From contig OY986946.1 in assembly GCA_963920595.1 (NCBI GenBank), forward strand, positions 8,060,001-8,124,000: 64,000 bases of DNA, given 5' to 3'. Below the pieces are notes generated by a model, which was not told the origin of the DNA, searched no databases, and was given only the letters and a program-made list of their open reading frames with translations. This document shows, one piece after another, positions 22,534 to 36,900 of the stretch (positions within the stretch are counted from its first letter, which is position 1; every line of letters begins with the position of its first letter). Made by a program: the position numbers and the translations under genes. Source of the stretch: Eimeria praecox. Taxonomy: Eukaryota.

Positions 22534-25500
22534 ATGCAGCAGCTGAGGCGCCTGAACTTCTTTGACCGGAGCATTGTTGAAAGGAACCGTCGTCTTCCTT
22601 CAATAAGTAATGGGTCGGGAAATTTTAGAGGCGGTGGAGTCATTCCATCGACGAATTTGCCATGCGCAAGCCAAGCACAGCAGCATGCAGCTGCAACAGG
22701 TATTCCGCTGCAGCATTTTAGGAAACTGACAAAAATGAGACATGGCGGCTGCGCTGTAATCGCATCGCTTTGGCTAGTAGCAACAAAAGCAGAGAATGGG
22801 GAGCAGACGATGGGAAATGCGTCACGAGAGGAGATATTACACAACTTGTGTACTTCATAAGCCGACGAGCTGATACGAGGATTATCTTGTGAGTTCTTGT
22901 GTGTCAGGGCCTTCCCGCATGTCTCCGCTCCCCTGTTCCGTTATTGTGTGTACGGTGGGGACTGACTTGGGCCTGTGGCTGGGAGACGATGCAGGTGTCT
23001 TGCACACGTTAGACCGTGACTTTCAGCTGAAGTCTCTGAAGAGCTTCGACATTTGTTTTGTGGCAATGCATGCCGCCGCTCAGGCTAGCTGCGTTGTATG
23101 TATTGGGTAGGCAAAAGATTTTTACCCTGTCTGATGCGCTGAGTTCCCTCTTGTATTGCTTAGCGCGGCCACAGCTGCCTTCCGCATGCTCTACCACCGT
23201 CTGTGCTGACCCATGCACAGGCGAGATTCCCCTGCCGAAAAGGCAGGCCACGCGGGTGCTGCAGTGGATGGCTCGGGGCAAAGCGACGACCTGCGTGCTC
23301 GTCAGGGGATCCTGAAGTACAAGTGCTACAGCACCACTCAAGTGGATGCCAAGGGGAATCCTGTGCTCCTCCGGGAAGCAGGCCTTTTCTCTAAAATTCC
23401 AGAACAAGCTTTCGTCTGTTCGGATATCAATCTGAACTTTACCATGTTGGCCGTAAGCTAGGGGGAACTCAGCTTCCAAGCTCTCTCTAATCCTAATTTA
23501 GGTGCTAAGACGCTGTCCCAAATCATCCCTCCCAGGGCTTGCCTTCGATTTTGTTGCCAAGTTCTTTGTCCATGGCTTGGTATTAAACTCACATTAGTGG
23601 GTGTCCTAGACCTGGTGGATGTTCCCACTTTTCGTATCTCTAGACGGTGGCAGGTGCACTTAGCGGAAACCTTGTGCTGTTCAGGTCGGAACTGAAAATG
23701 CGGGAATTTGCCTTTTTCGCGGCAACTTATTAAAAGAAAAGACCTGCCGATTGCGGCTGATGAGGTAGATAACATGTAGCTGCCATGTGTGGAAGGATAG
23801 AAACATTTGGATTCCCAAGCTAACCAGCAAGTGGTGGCGATAGCTTCTGCGTATTCATAGGCTTCTTGAAGTTCGTTCTCCTGCTGTCATTTTACCTTGT
23901 AGACCCTGTGAAGTGCTTTTGTTTCAGGGAAAGTGATGAACGCATTTGTAGCGTGCGTTTCCTGACCTCACCAGCAGATGCCAAAATCCACTATATGCTT
24001 GTCTGCTACGCCAGCTCAATAACGTGCTACATAGTACCACTCAAGGGAGAGCCCAAGGTCTGTCTCGTTTTGGGGAATCTGTTTAAGAATTTATACCGAG
24101 CGAGAGGCTGCCTGTAGGAAGATCAGGCTGCCAGGTTCATGGAGGGGCCGTGCTTTGCTGCATCCTGTTTTACTTGACTGACGCATTTAACTTGAAAATC
24201 AGGGAGCTTGGAGCTGGGTATAAATTCATTTGTCTGTTCTTTATCTACTGCACAGGTTTCCCATACAGACAGCTTGCCAGCCGGGTCTACTCTTGTTGTC
24301 AGCGCGTTGCCATCGCTTGGCACGTTCGTTGTACACCATGATCAAGGGATATTTTGTGTCGATCCTGACCAGGGCAAGCTCTGCACATGCAGACCATCCT
24401 AGATTCCTGCGTTTAGTTCTATTCATTCCTTCCTGTGGTAGCTCTAGAATGGAAAAGGCAGTTTATTTGCTTGGGGTCACGTGGGTCGCTTGAATAGTGT
24501 ACTTATTGTACTGATTTTGGGCTTAGGCAACCTGTGGGCCCTTCCAGCCGAAGGTCATTGCCACATCTTAACCACCCACAAATCCTATATTGTCTCCGTC
24601 ACGACGGAAGAAGTTTCTGCCGAGAGTGAATTGGCCAGTGCAGATGCGGGTGGCAGTTTGCTTCAAGCAGCTGGATCCCTTCCATCCAAAAGTACGGTAC
24701 GTGCCACTAGGTATGATTTGCCAACGCAAGCACCCTTCCACATCAGCGTATCGTCCCTACAGTGCCAATCGGAAAATGGAGAAGGTAGTAACTGAATTGT
24801 TGTAGGCTTACCGCAGTGCTCGCTTTGGCTTGCATGTACCCCGCAGCAACACCAGATGCTGACTATCCACCTTTGCTACCCGGACCTTCGACTTATAGCG
24901 TATTCATCACCGATGCGGGGCGTCCTCCATGTAGTCTCCGCAATGGTAGGTTCTGAGCAGTCGATTTTGCAGCAATATATAAGCAGTGCGGTAGGGTGAG
25001 GACGGTACCTGCAGTTCCCCAGACCTTTCGTGACACTGCTGCCTTTGGGGTAAGCTGCCCTCTGGTCGAATTGCTTGTGCATGGCCACCTCTGTTTGCAA
25101 GCGTACCGTCTGCAGGATACCCTCTTTGTAATTGCCCAAGGGGGCTCAACGGATAGTAACGTATTGTTCGATGTGAAGGAGAAGAGCTTTAATGAGCGTC
25201 TCAGCATCTTGCTGCGGTGAGCAAGCGTAGCCTTAAGGGCTTTAAACACATCGCAAGCCCTTTCGTTTGTTGTGCACCAGCAGCGGCGGCAGGCAAGCAA
25301 TCATTAACGCCAACAGCATGTTCTGCTGCGCTTTTCAATTTGAACGTACAGAGCTGTGGGGCTGCTTTCTTCAGGAAGCGGCTCTTTAACTGGGCCGCTG
25401 AAGTTGCCCTTCAGGATCGCCAGCCACAACAAGTTTTGCAGGTAAGGCCAGCAAGAAACTTGCCAGTTGACAGGAGGCTTTTCGAAAACAGGATTCGGGT

Positions 25501-28500
25501 GCATATTCTGTTGCAAAGTGGTCGTAGACAGACAGCAGATTATGGGTATTGGCAAACTGGTGGTCGACGTGAATTGAGTCTGTTTCAGGAAGTGTATCGG
25601 CTTCATGGGGATTGGCTATATTCGAAGAATATGCCTGATAGGGCAGTAGAAATGTACATCAAGACAATTGGTGAGGCGGCGTCAGGACGTTTTGCGCCAC
25701 CTGCAAGTTCCTTGCAAAATATTGGCGTCCCTGCGCGTGCATTTGAGAAGCGTTTGCTGCGTCCGAGACTGGCATTTCAGGCTTTCTGGAACCATCTGCC
25801 GTCATCCAGAAGTTTCTCGACGCTCAAGAGTTGAGGCACCTTGCCCTCTACTTGCTCCACCTCCATTTGGCAGGATGCGCTAATCAGCAACACACTTTGC
25901 TCTTTTTCAAGTGCACTGCCAGGCTAAAGGACGACTCCCTTCTTGCTAGCTTTTTGGAAGACCCGCGCATTAGCAAGACCTGCTCTCTTACGGTAGCACT
26001 TAACGAATGCCGATTGAATGGTCAGTACTAAAGAGTTCCTTCCAACTTTATTCCCAGGATTGCATATCCAGCCTCTGCAATCTAGACGTCCTAGAAAATG
26101 CTTCGTTGGTTCGTAATAAAGTAGTGTGCATTCGAAATTGCACGCCAGGTCCATCGACAAATCTGTGTGGCTTCTGCTGATCGGAACACTCTTCCGCTTG
26201 TCGCATTTGCTACACCCGGCTGACTCTAATGCGCTTCCTGCGAGATTGTCTTGCTCAGGAGACACGGCACTTGCGTGCACAATAGCCAGCCGCCATGGGT
26301 ATCATGATGAACACCTATCGTTGCTTTTGGAAATGCAGTAAGCTCACCCGCAACTGCAAATGCAATCGTAAGATAATAAAGATAACAGGTGTAAACTAGT
26401 TTCTTGCATCTATGGCTGGGCGGTTATGGACAGTCTTTTACGTAATTTGTTAACTTAATTGATGCTTAGGAATTTCACAAAGGCAGTGGAAGTGTTGAAG
26501 CAGGTCGATGCGCCTACTGCGTGCTCGCTTTTGCTAAAACACGGCAGCACCCTCCTTCGACACAGCGCAATTGATGTTCTTCTTCTCCTGAGCCAGTTTA
26601 TAAAGGACTACCACACCAGGTAGGACAGGCAGCATCATTGCGGGCGCCACTGCGGGCGCCATGCTGCGTAGTCAGCTGTACTACGCACTTCGCCATCTTT
26701 CATTTGTATGCCAGTAGAATACCCGTGCAGTCAGCAAGTGCCAATAGTCTCTGGCGCTGTGCTTGCTGCATACAGCGTCGAAGTCTTTGTTCCGCTGTTT
26801 GCTGACGATTCTGACCTGCTCTTACTGTTCCTCTCCTTGCTGGTGCATGGAGTGCCAATGGCAAGACGCTTAGTTCCGCATCATGAGGCCCTCTGCAATG
26901 ATTCAAAACTACAAGAGGCCGTAGAAGAAGCGAGAATGGCTATTTCTGCCACCCCTTCAATATTTGGATGTAGCCCATTCTCGTCACTCTTGGAGTTGCT
27001 TTTGCGTACGCCTTCGCGCATTTGTGCACCACGCAGGGTCTTTCGGGAACCTCTACTTGTGTGTGATGAGGGGAAGCGCTATCTGGCGACAGTTCTTTGG
27101 ACTGCATACATGGCATCCAACAGTTACTTGGAAACATGGAAATGGTGTTTCGCGTGACTCCCGCCCTGAGTAAGCCTGATTTGCATGGCTTGTAGGTGGG
27201 GATTTCTTGGGTTGTCTGCGCTCTTTCAGGCAAATGGCACGCGATTCATCGCCCTCTCTCCGATATCAGTTATGCGGGCAGTGGCCTAAACGATGAACAG
27301 CGGTGGCTCCAGGGCCTGCCTGCTGGTGCGAAAGCTCCCGAACTTTCTGCTCTTTACACTGAAATACTTCTTAAGACTCTCAAGAGCCGACCAATGGTTA
27401 GTGTGCACTACATTTGTGTGGCTCAGCCTAGCGTTGACTTGGTGAACCGCGGAGTCTGAGGATGTAACATTGCCTGTGTGCGGGTCGCTGGACTGATGCA
27501 GACTCACGAAGAACAATTTCGGTCAGCTCTTTTGTGCACGATATTCGGTTTCGAGGAGGGGATGATTCTCGAGTGCGAGAAGCGGCACGAGCTGCAGCTG
27601 CCTGTAGCCTATTTTGAAGCCAGTAATGACATATCAAGCCTTCTTAGGTTCTGTATGAAGAATGGATCGAAAGCACCCACACTATGGACGCAAACTTTGA
27701 GCATCCTTGCTTCGTGAGTCTAAGTCGTCAGCAGCCGCACTGCTAGGGCGTTACCTTATTCCTAGCGAACTGGAGAAGGCTTTTGCGGGTGTGGCCAGGG
27801 AATGCCGGTGCAGCTTTTGTTGTGTAATTTGTCAGTCAGCGAGGGACGGAGCGCCAAATCAGAGAAGTGCTTATGCATATTGAGGTAATCCCTTGTTGTC
27901 ACTTGTTGTGGATACAGCATGTGCGCGTGTAGGTAGACATGCGGTGCACTTAATGATACTAGCTGTTTTCCTTCTTGCTTCTATCTTGCTGCAGCGGCAA
28001 CGCCTACTGCCGCCACTGACTGTATTGGAGGTCCTGCAACAGAGCCCGGCCGTTACGCTGGATGCTGTCAAGGTAAAACAGCTGCCCATCGCCACATGCA
28101 TTGACGCCTCCAGAAAATTCTTATTGAACCTGTCGAGATTGAACATTTGCGCCCGGCGCCGGTGGAACTTCCCACCACGATTGCTTTCTGTGCAGGACTA
28201 CTTCCTACGGGCGAGTGATGATCTCACTGAGCAGCTGGAACAGTCTCAGGCGCTGTTGCAGAGCGACAGGGCTGAAGTTTCGCATATGGCCAAGGAAATT
28301 GAACAGTACAAGAGCAAAGGTGCGGGCAGTTAGGGTTAAACACTCCGTGGTTGCTGCGCTAATATATGTGGCTCTTATGACATGCGGAGTATGCAGCGTT
28401 CTGCTGTGAAGCTAATTGTGTGGATATCTCGGAAGGTGAAGGTGTAGCAGCAATTATTACGCGTTTGTGCTGAAGAGGCAAGCTGGCACTTAATAACCGT

Positions 28501-29004
28501 TTTATCTCTTGAGAATGCTGGCTTCTTTGTTCTGTTCGGATGTTTCAGCCCAAGTGTTTGAGTCGGAACGATGTGACTTCTGTTTCCTTCCAATTGAACT
28601 GCCTTCTATTCACTTCCGCTGTGGCCACTCGTTCCACATTTACTGCCTGAGCAACAACAGCGACAACAAAACTGCAGTTCCCCAAACGGAGGGATTGTCA
28701 CAAGCATCGTACTGTTGTGCTATCTGCACTCCGCAGTTCAACGCCAAACGAGTAAGTTAACGCAGCTTTGGGCGAGTTTTGCTGACGTAGTTATGCCCTG
28801 TCACAGTTCAACGAACTATTGTAATGTGATATTTCGCAGTTGTTGCTATCACAAAGGGAGGCCGAGGCATGCAACACTGATGATTTCTTCAAGTTCCTTC
28901 GAGGATCGACAGACGGATTTGATTTTATCTTAAGTTGCTTTGGCCGAGGCTTGTTTCCATCACGGCTGGTAAGCTGCACTGAAGCCAGCGGGTGGAAGGC
29001 GTAA
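22534..29004 (+). CDS. VPS11: Vacuolar protein sorting 11 (CORVET/HOPS core subunit), multi-exon
   Basis: N-terminus MQQLRRLNFFD resembles VPS11 (M.QWRKF.FF). Propeller segment LWLGDDAGVLHTLDRDF. Clathrin-like repeat region RKRLFNWA...YRLHGDWLYSK...AVEMYIKTIG|FLEPSAVIQKFLDAQELRHLALYL..LH...ANQQHT, then LLPPLTVLEVL. C-terminal RING CDFCFLPIELPSIHFRCGHSFHIYCL...CAIC, then DDFFKFLRGSTDGF...FGRGLF. Not every internal exon boundary was resolved, and the stop at 29002-29004 assumes no further intron. Confidence 0.9.
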
Positions 29005-29838
29005 GCGCGATATTGACTGCCCCTCAAAGCATTGCGCACAGTCGTGGGTACAGGATTGCGTGTCTTTACAGAAGAGGATTGGGCCTGTGATGAAAGACGT
29101 GACGGGTCTGGATCCCCTTATTCGGAGTTTTGCTGGCACGGGAGCAAATAAGATGGCAGACCTAGTGGCAGACCCAGGGCACACCTCACATTCGTCGGAA
29201 TCATGAAGCCTGGGATGCTTGCTTGGTCGTGAAGGGCGTGTCCTTCCCAAAGCAACGCAACGCAATGCCTTTAAAGAACTGGTCTCGAAGGACTGAATAC
29301 CGCTGTCCCAGTATATCTACCGCATTTTAAGTCTTAGCTTTCGTATCTGTAGTACTACGTATGGTAAAGCATAACGCGCTAGCGTATTAACGGAGTGTTA
29401 TGGGGCCATTCAGGTTTCGGTCAGATTTCAGGGATTAGGCTTTCCACTCTATTTAGTCAGTGCTAACTACGCTCCAGGCATTGTGCAGCTGTTTGTTGTG
29501 CATATGCTGATTAGCATTAATAAAGCAGTAGTCGGGAGCCTTTGACTCGTGGGCCCACACATTGTGGGTTTAAAACATCGATGAAAAACATCGTAGCAGT
29601 TGGTCGCATGCTCACGAGGACTTTTAGTCGCAAGTAGGCTGCTTTGATTTTGAAGCCCTGGGGGGCTCTGTGCGTTACACAGTTGGATGCATAGGACTAA
29701 ATGGATGCTTGCAGAAGACGGATCAGCATCATATCACGTTTAGAATGACTACTCTCTAACAGCTGAATGCCATCAGTTTGGCATTTCGCACTGTCTAACT
29801 GGAATACGTGAGGCCGCTGTCAGCTGCTGCGCTCTTCT

Positions 29839-31940
29839 TTACGGCTGGGGCTGAGACGTGTTGCGCTTGAAGGATCCAGCTTGGGTCATATCTTGTGTGC
29901 CTCCTGGTACAAACCCTTGTTTAGCGAATTGCGATGATAGCTGGCATACCAAAGGGCTCATTATCCCAACATTCTGGGCATTGCCTGACAAGATGTCACT
30001 CATTGTGGTGGCGGGAATGCCAGTTACATCCGGATCAGCCCACCCAGGGGGCACGTGACCGCCGAAAAACTTCTCAAGTCCAGAGACATCACTTGTCATA
30101 ATCCCGTTGGAGAGGGCCTTGACAAACTCTGGAGCCTCCATGTTGGGAAGAGGAACGAACTGGTGGATCTCTATGGCATGTAGCTTGAAGGATATGGGGT
30201 TCAGCTCTCCTCCGTACTCAGGGGGTTTGTTAACGGCTCCTCGGTAAACAACAGATGGCTCTAACTCGTCGGAGGGTTTGTCTTTTTCTTCCGGGGCCCC
30301 TTCAACATCTGAAAAAGCAAATTAGAGATGCAATGCAAACGCGGTTCCATTATCGCGGGCAAATATACGCATCAGCTATATGAAGCCAATGACGCGCCGA
30401 AAAGGAATGTGATTTTAGTGTCGAACCTGCACGATTCTGGATGGCTTCAGGACCTTCGGGTGCTCCTTGGCTCTGAAAGGCAGCGGCGAAGTCTGTCGGC
30501 ATATTTTCTGGGTACCCAAACTTTTCAGCAGCCGTGGGCGTCTGTGGCTCCTCCTTCTTTCCAGTAAGCCAGCTCCAAAAACTCGGCTTCTTTTCGTTCA
30601 AGCGAGCCCCACTGCTTTTGGGCTTATCGGAGACACCAACCTTGGAGACGAAGCAGGCGAACACATATGGGAGCGCTTCAGTTAACAGATGTGCTACATG
30701 GGACTGTGTTAAAGCACTCATCTGTGCAATACAAGGAAGGGGTCAGAAGAAAGCTGACTCACTTGCGGAGTGGGCTTCGGGTAAACAGGGCCAGGGGGGA
30801 GCTGGGTCAGAACTGCTTGACGAACAGGGCCGTCGCCGACGCTGTTCCCTCTAAGGACTCGTTCACCAGTGTTTTTCTGGAACTGTGCGGCGAAATCTTG
30901 CCCCAATGGGTAGTTCACGTTAGCCTCTGTTAGCTGCGCCGAGCCTGGATCACACAACAAGCGCAATGTAGGTCTTCCATATCCTCAGCGGAAAGGCAGG
31001 CCCATGAGTACAACTGTTCTGCGAGTATAGTATAGGCCTTGCACTGTACCTGGATAGAGTCTCTGCTGCTCGGTGCGAACCGCCTTCTCCACGGTTTTGA
31101 TGTGAGGTTCCTGATGCACTTGTGTACAGCAGGCTGACCAACCGCAGTAGGGGTTTGACGTTTGGGGTTCATCTTGGACATAACGGGTTTCAGTGTATGG
31201 GACAATAAGCGGGGGAGGGCAATCAAGCTCAACATCGAACTTAGGAACATATTTGTATACGGGGACATCTTGATACTTCTCTTTCCATTCGTACTGCATA
31301 ACCTCTACCTCTTTAACGACTTCAGTAACCTTGGGGACAATTTTTTCCTTGACATCTACCACTACTTCCTTTTCAACATAGGTGTCCTTGTACTCTATTT
31401 GGGGAACTTCAACCTCAATGACTTGTTGCTCGCCTTCGTACTTGGGGACCGGCCTAGGCACCTCGCGTATGTCCCACTTGGGGACGAACTGAGGTGCATA
31501 GCCCACGTGCACCGGGACATCGACATCTCTGAACGAAAATACAGAATTTTTCATGTAGTAGCCAGCTAATGCTTGGGATGTCCAGCCTCATACAACTATG
31601 GTACTACCAGTGCTCTGCATTTTTCTCACCTCTCGATGATTTTTTCGGTCTCAATGGCGACATTTCTTTCTCCACAGTCAACGCGTACTTTGGGAACATC
31701 GTGAACAGCAGATTGGTTATAGACCTTGGGGACAATGTTATCTTTGACCTCTACTTGCGGCACCTCTATGTACTTGTCCCGCTTCTGTATCTCCTGGTAA
31801 ACAGGCACCGGGATGACAGGCTGGTCAGCCTGCAGCCGAATGTGCGCCCTTTGCACTTGTTCGGCTTCACAGGTGAGTCCATCACAGGTCGCAGTTCCGC
31901 AAAACGGCACAGTGCCGCATCCGGAGTTTTCGTCTGACAT
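29839..31940 (-). CDS. Alveolin / inner membrane complex protein of the IMC7/IMC12 type
   Basis: Exons ~31940-31630, 31528-31050, 30944-30763, a fourth exon near 30640-30427 (acceptor uncertain) and 30308-29839. Val/Pro-rich IMCp repeats: DQPVIPVPVYQEIQKRDKYIEVPQ, KWDIREVPRPVPKYEGEQQVIEVEVPQI, YVPKFDVELDCPPPLIVPY. N-terminal cysteines present. Exact paralogue not resolved. Confidence 0.88.
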
Positions 31941-33348
31941 CTTTTTTGTTCTATGGCCAGCGTGTTCGTTGTTCGTGGGCACAATCAGATTCTGGATCTG
32001 AACAGGGGGACACACGCAAGTAATTCACTTCACCTGAGATGAGTCATCCTTGAATGACACGCCGATATTCGAGACAAGTATAAGGGCAGGGATAAGCATA
32101 AGAGCCGGCAAGTTCGATGCTAGTACACAGCACACGACCAACTATCGATGCAGCGGCTCGATGGCGGCAAGGAGCGCAGTGCAGTAAGCAAGGCGAAAAC
32201 AACCGCGCCAACATTCGTAGATTTTCCATACGGTCTAACAAATGCCAAATCTAAGAAAAGAGAACAGCCTATGCCAACGCGCTCGCGTGTCACCTTGCTC
32301 ACGCATTGCCTCGCCACGTTGAGACGGCAAGACGCGGCTGTTTTTGCACCCAGCTTTTTCTCAGTTCTTCCCCTTAGTATGCCATTCATATATAAACGAT
32401 TTACGCTAACATGAGGAAAGAACCCAGGATAGGCACTGTCTGAACTCCTCCTACACGCTGGCTGATGATCACACGGTGCTGGACAGAACCGTCGGCTATG
32501 TGTTGCCAGTGCTGAACGTACCTAGTATGCAGCAATCTTGGGTGAAAGTCTTCCTCCATCCACCGTCATTTATGATGCTTCCGTTCTTTTTCCTCATATC
32601 ACAGTTTTACTGAGACCACAAGCGCAGATGGACGAGGCAGCCAGCCTCACCGCAGCAAGCCAGGGCTTGAGTGAGCATCGGCGGCAGCGACCACCAACGC
32701 AGCTGCGTCCTACACACTTGCCGCGGCTATGTGGACTCACTAGAACAACATACCTCTAAGTTTTCAAGATACATTATATAGAAGGGGTAAGTTTAACTTG
32801 CTTGCTTAATTTTTGGCTTTTATCCGGCTTGCACAGCTACCCTGCTTCGTGGCCGTTGCCAGCGGGTGCTTGGTTAGGTGGAAGACTGCTCGTTTGAAGA
32901 ATTTGTACTCTCATCGAAAACAAGGACCCAAACAATCCCAGTATCAGCTTTTTTTCCGTATATGCATATCAGTTGAGGGGATAAAGCCACTTTACTGGTT
33001 TGCCGCTCCTCCGCCGATTGGTGGTCCTTGCCCACCAAGCTTGAACCGAGCCCAAGCCGGGCTCAACAGCCATTCATGTCTCCCTTAGAAGAGAGTCTAA
33101 TGCCTCGAGTTTCCCATGTTTTTCTATTTATATCACGCTAGTTAGTTTGATGCTTTTAAAATTTGAATCCGCTTTTGTGAGTGTGCGCACAACACCATGA
33201 TCTACCCTTCCCCCTCAGGTCGCTCTGCATTCGCTGCATTCAAACCTCCAATTTGCTGCATATTCACGTTGTTTCCATATTTGTTCATATTGATTGCCTT
33301 TTAGGCTTGTTGAGCTTGCGGTTGCCGCCTGTTACGTCGATACCTTGC

Positions 33349-34346
33349 ATGATGCCGACCACGGAGGTGACATTGATCCTCAGCGACTGGACAAAGGGGA
33401 ATAATGGCAAGAAGCTTGAGCTGCCTCACGTCTCAATGGACGCAACCATATTAGATGTGAAGAAGTCTGTTTTGGAGGCTTTGGAGGCCCCCGATTTACA
33501 GCCAGAAACCATACTGCTGCTCGTGGGGACACTTGAGCTTCGAAACGAGAAATTGCTCAAGGATTACAATAGATCTGGGCGCTCGAAGCTATCAATAGAT
33601 GTCTATGAACGGGTTGATATGCACCTCAAGGTCAAAACCCTGCAGCGTAAGTGATCTTTGTTTTGTGGCTTTTTTCAGGCCCGTGTTTTATACCTCGGCT
33701 GCCCGGCCTGCCATGGGAGGCCAGCAACACCGGGCCTGGCTTGCGCTGCGTATATTTACAGATTGCGGATCTGGCGGATGCGTTTGTGTACCAATCTGGT
33801 CTTTTCTTTGCCGTCAAACCATAAAAATAACCATTGGTGACCATGAGACGGTTGGCGATCTCAAAACAAAGATTGCAGAAGACTTAGACGACCCAAACAG
33901 GTATGGAGGCTATGAAGTTAGTGGTAGATGCATCGAAGGCTTTTGGCGTCGTTGCATTTCGGCATGTATACATACTATCGGCATGACCAATGCAACCGTT
34001 TCCGTATTTCAGGTACAAGCCAGAAAACATCAAGCTGACGTTTATGAGTAATATGCTCTTCGACGACTCCCAAGTCCTCAAAGACGCAGGGATACACGAT
34101 GGCGACACCATCAACCTTCTGGTTGATTGCTGCTACTGGAAGAATTCACGTAAATCTGGCAACGAGGCAGCTGCTTCGGCTCCTGCCAAGGCGGAAGAAG
34201 CTGCAGATGACGTCGCCAAGGCCCAAGGCGATGCAGAAGAAGCAGGTGCAGAGCATGGCGAAGGGGCTGTTGGAGACCAAGCGGAGAGTCCCCACGAAAC
34301 CCCATTGCTGGACGATGCGGCTAAGCCCAATTTGGATCACGAATAG
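33349..34346 (+). CDS. Protein with two tandem ubiquitin-like domains and an acidic Ala/Glu tail
   Basis: Exons 33349-33646, 33762-33900 and 34013-34346. UBL1: ATILDVKKSV...PETILLLVGTLELRNEKLLKDYN. UBL2: MHLKVKTL...ETVGDLKTKI...PENIKLTFMSNMLFDDSQVLKDAGIHDGDTINLLV. No C-terminal GG. Confidence 0.8.
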
Positions 34347-34853
34347 TGACTAATCTCTCAGACGTGCTGCACCAACGTGGAAGTTTTGTTACTCCACCAA
34401 TATCACCTGATCATTGCACACGTGGACCATAATTTTAGCAGCGAAGGAGCCTGGCATTGCATCTCGCCTAAGTTGTCATTCCACCTTATCCTGCGTGCTG
34501 TCTTGTCACCAGCTTGGTTATTATTGCTAACCTTTTGAACTTTGAGCATCGGCGAGAGCTGTGGCCTCTGCGCAGGGTTGAGGCTTAAGGTGTCCTCTGG
34601 AAAGCAGAAAATGATACGGTGATCATGAAATGCTCCGCTCCAACTGAGTTCGAGCTTGCAGATTGCTAGTAACGCGTTTGCTAGTTTATTGCTATATAGT
34701 GGCACTCGCTCACATACTGCGTCCCCATGCGCAGATTTTTAGAGGGATATTGTATTGCTCTGGAGATCGACAAAGGATCTAAGGACAGTATCAAGAAATG
34801 AATGCTTCTCATGTTTGTTGAAGAGCATTGCTAGCCAATGCAGTCGACAGCAA

Positions 34854-36900
34854 TCAAGAAGAGTCAGGTTCCTCGGGACCCAATGCATCTTCTTCGTCGA
34901 TATTGTTTTCTTCCGCATCAGTTTCCTCCCCCCCTTCCTTCGAATTTTTTAACTCCTCCTCATCCGTCTCTGTTTCCTCATGTTCGGAGCTCGTCGCTGC
35001 TTTTACAACGCTTGTAACTTTCTGCGCTTTTTCTGAAATCTCCAATGCTGCCTTTGCGACTGCCGGCTCCTCGGACTGCTGCGCAGCCTCCTTTGCGAAC
35101 TTTTGAACGTCGAACACGATATGTTCCCCTTAAAGAGCGCACTTTAGTTTCTGTGCCGTTATTGTCAGCCAGCAGTTTTTCTTACCCACGGGTTGCTCCA
35201 TGCCATTAACCTGATGCGGGGTACGCTTTGAACTGATGCGGGATAAAATATTCACAGAACTTGCTTGCCTTAACTCGGAATTGTTGATTTTCATCGAGAG
35301 AAAGGTCGACATTCACTGCAGCTTTTGTTTCTTTCTCGGGTGCTTCTGGCGGCGGCTGTTTAATAATACATGGGGAAAATGTTTCACTATACTGCTAAAC
35401 GTTCGTGCAACACACAGGTGGAGGGCTTGCTTCAAGCTGTGCTTCTGCGATCGCGCAATGTATTTGCACCGCTGTGTATCGTATTGCGTCAGGTGATTTT
35501 GCATTACCTCTTTCAGCTGCCTTAACGCTTGGCAGAGTCCCTAAGATTCCAAGAGATTCACTAGTATCAGTCATGTAGTCTCTAAAAAAGACTGCCACCT
35601 TTAAGACCCATATGCCTGCAGAACCATGCCTCTGAAAGCGCTGAAAGCATATGCTTGTGTATGCACAAGAACTGTGGAGCCTCAAAAACCCGCAGCCATT
35701 CACCGTCAATCCAGCTATCACGGGCAGTCTGTGAAGGGGCGCACAAGACCTGCTCCGCACCCCTGTAGATAAATGCGAAACCTGCGACAGAAGCAAAATT
35801 GATAGCGCACTAAGGGGACATGGAATGCCTGTTTGCAGTCCCACAATTAGGAGAGTCTTCAGTCGCTTTGACCGGGAGATCCACGCCTTCCCAAAAGAAC
35901 GTGCTGCTTGTGCCGAGTTGCGCTGTCTTTGAACGCGAATGAAAAAATCAAATCCATTTCCCCCCTTACTTCTTAAGGACTTTGTTGTGATAAATCGTGA
36001 GCGCAGATCCAGTAATTTGTGCCATGCTGCTAAGTTAAAGATCAGTTTCGAAAATTTCACACGTACGCGGTCGTGTACACCCAACCTTGAGTTATTGCGT
36101 AGAAGTTCATCAGGCTAGAGTCCAAGGGAGTCAGTTTGAAAAAGAAGAAACCAAATATGAGGTGCAGTGCACCGACTCACGTCGGGCACGAAGGCCAACG
36201 GCCCTATCTTGAGGATTTCACACTCTATCGAAAGTGGCAGTAGAGTGTGTGATCCACCAACGTGGTAAGTGCACCCTGAGATACCTGCAACAGCGCTTTC
36301 TTCACCAGTGGATGTTGACAACCTTGCTGCCTCCACTAGCGACTTAATCCAAGCTGCCTCATCTGGCATTCAGCAAGAATCTCAGCCAGAATCCTCTGAA
36401 CTGGAAATGTAAGGCGTACGCTCCTGTTTGTCGGCTTCGGCTAGCAACAATGCAGCCTGTTTCATGTTAAACCTACTCGTTGCATGCATCTCACGACTGC
36501 ACCCCAGAATATTTCATTGTTCCTTCTAGCTTACTTCCGGAGCACTGGGTCTTCTGCGTTTGCCGTAGCTCCGCTTCCTTGTTCGACTCCAGAATCATCA
36601 CCTCCGCCACCTGATTGGCATAGTGTCCCGTGGGAGGAAACGATCATTCCTTTGGTTAAATCAAAGCCCGCTCACGGCGCGCTGCCTCTATTGACTGTGC
36701 TGCCAGTTCTCGTTTTCTTTGAGCAAGCAGCAACAGCCTATCGTAGCGATCTGTATTCAAAACCTTGGGCTGTGGGTGAAGAACAACATCCAGCTGCCAG
36801 TGCAAAGGAACTAACCTCGAACTGAGCTCGCAGGTCTTCGCGTCTATCAGCTATTACTTCATCCGGCACTTTGGCATGCACAGAGAGAAACCTGGCACCA
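34854..36900 (-). CDS. Multi-exon hypothetical protein with acidic C-terminus; 5' end unresolved
   Basis: Frame-compatible spliced segments VIADRREDLRAQFE|PKVLNTDRYDRLLLLAQRKRELAAQSIEAAR|GGGDDSG...VLRK|FNMKQAALLLAEADKQE|EAAWIKSLVEAARL and a terminal Glu-rich exon 35117-34854. No family recognised. Confidence 0.55.

Noticed and set aside
26640..26662. 12-bp tandem TGCGGGCGCCA in a VPS11 intron (also a 14-bp tandem near 55932-55960)
   Set aside because: Two-copy slippage duplications with no evidence of function.
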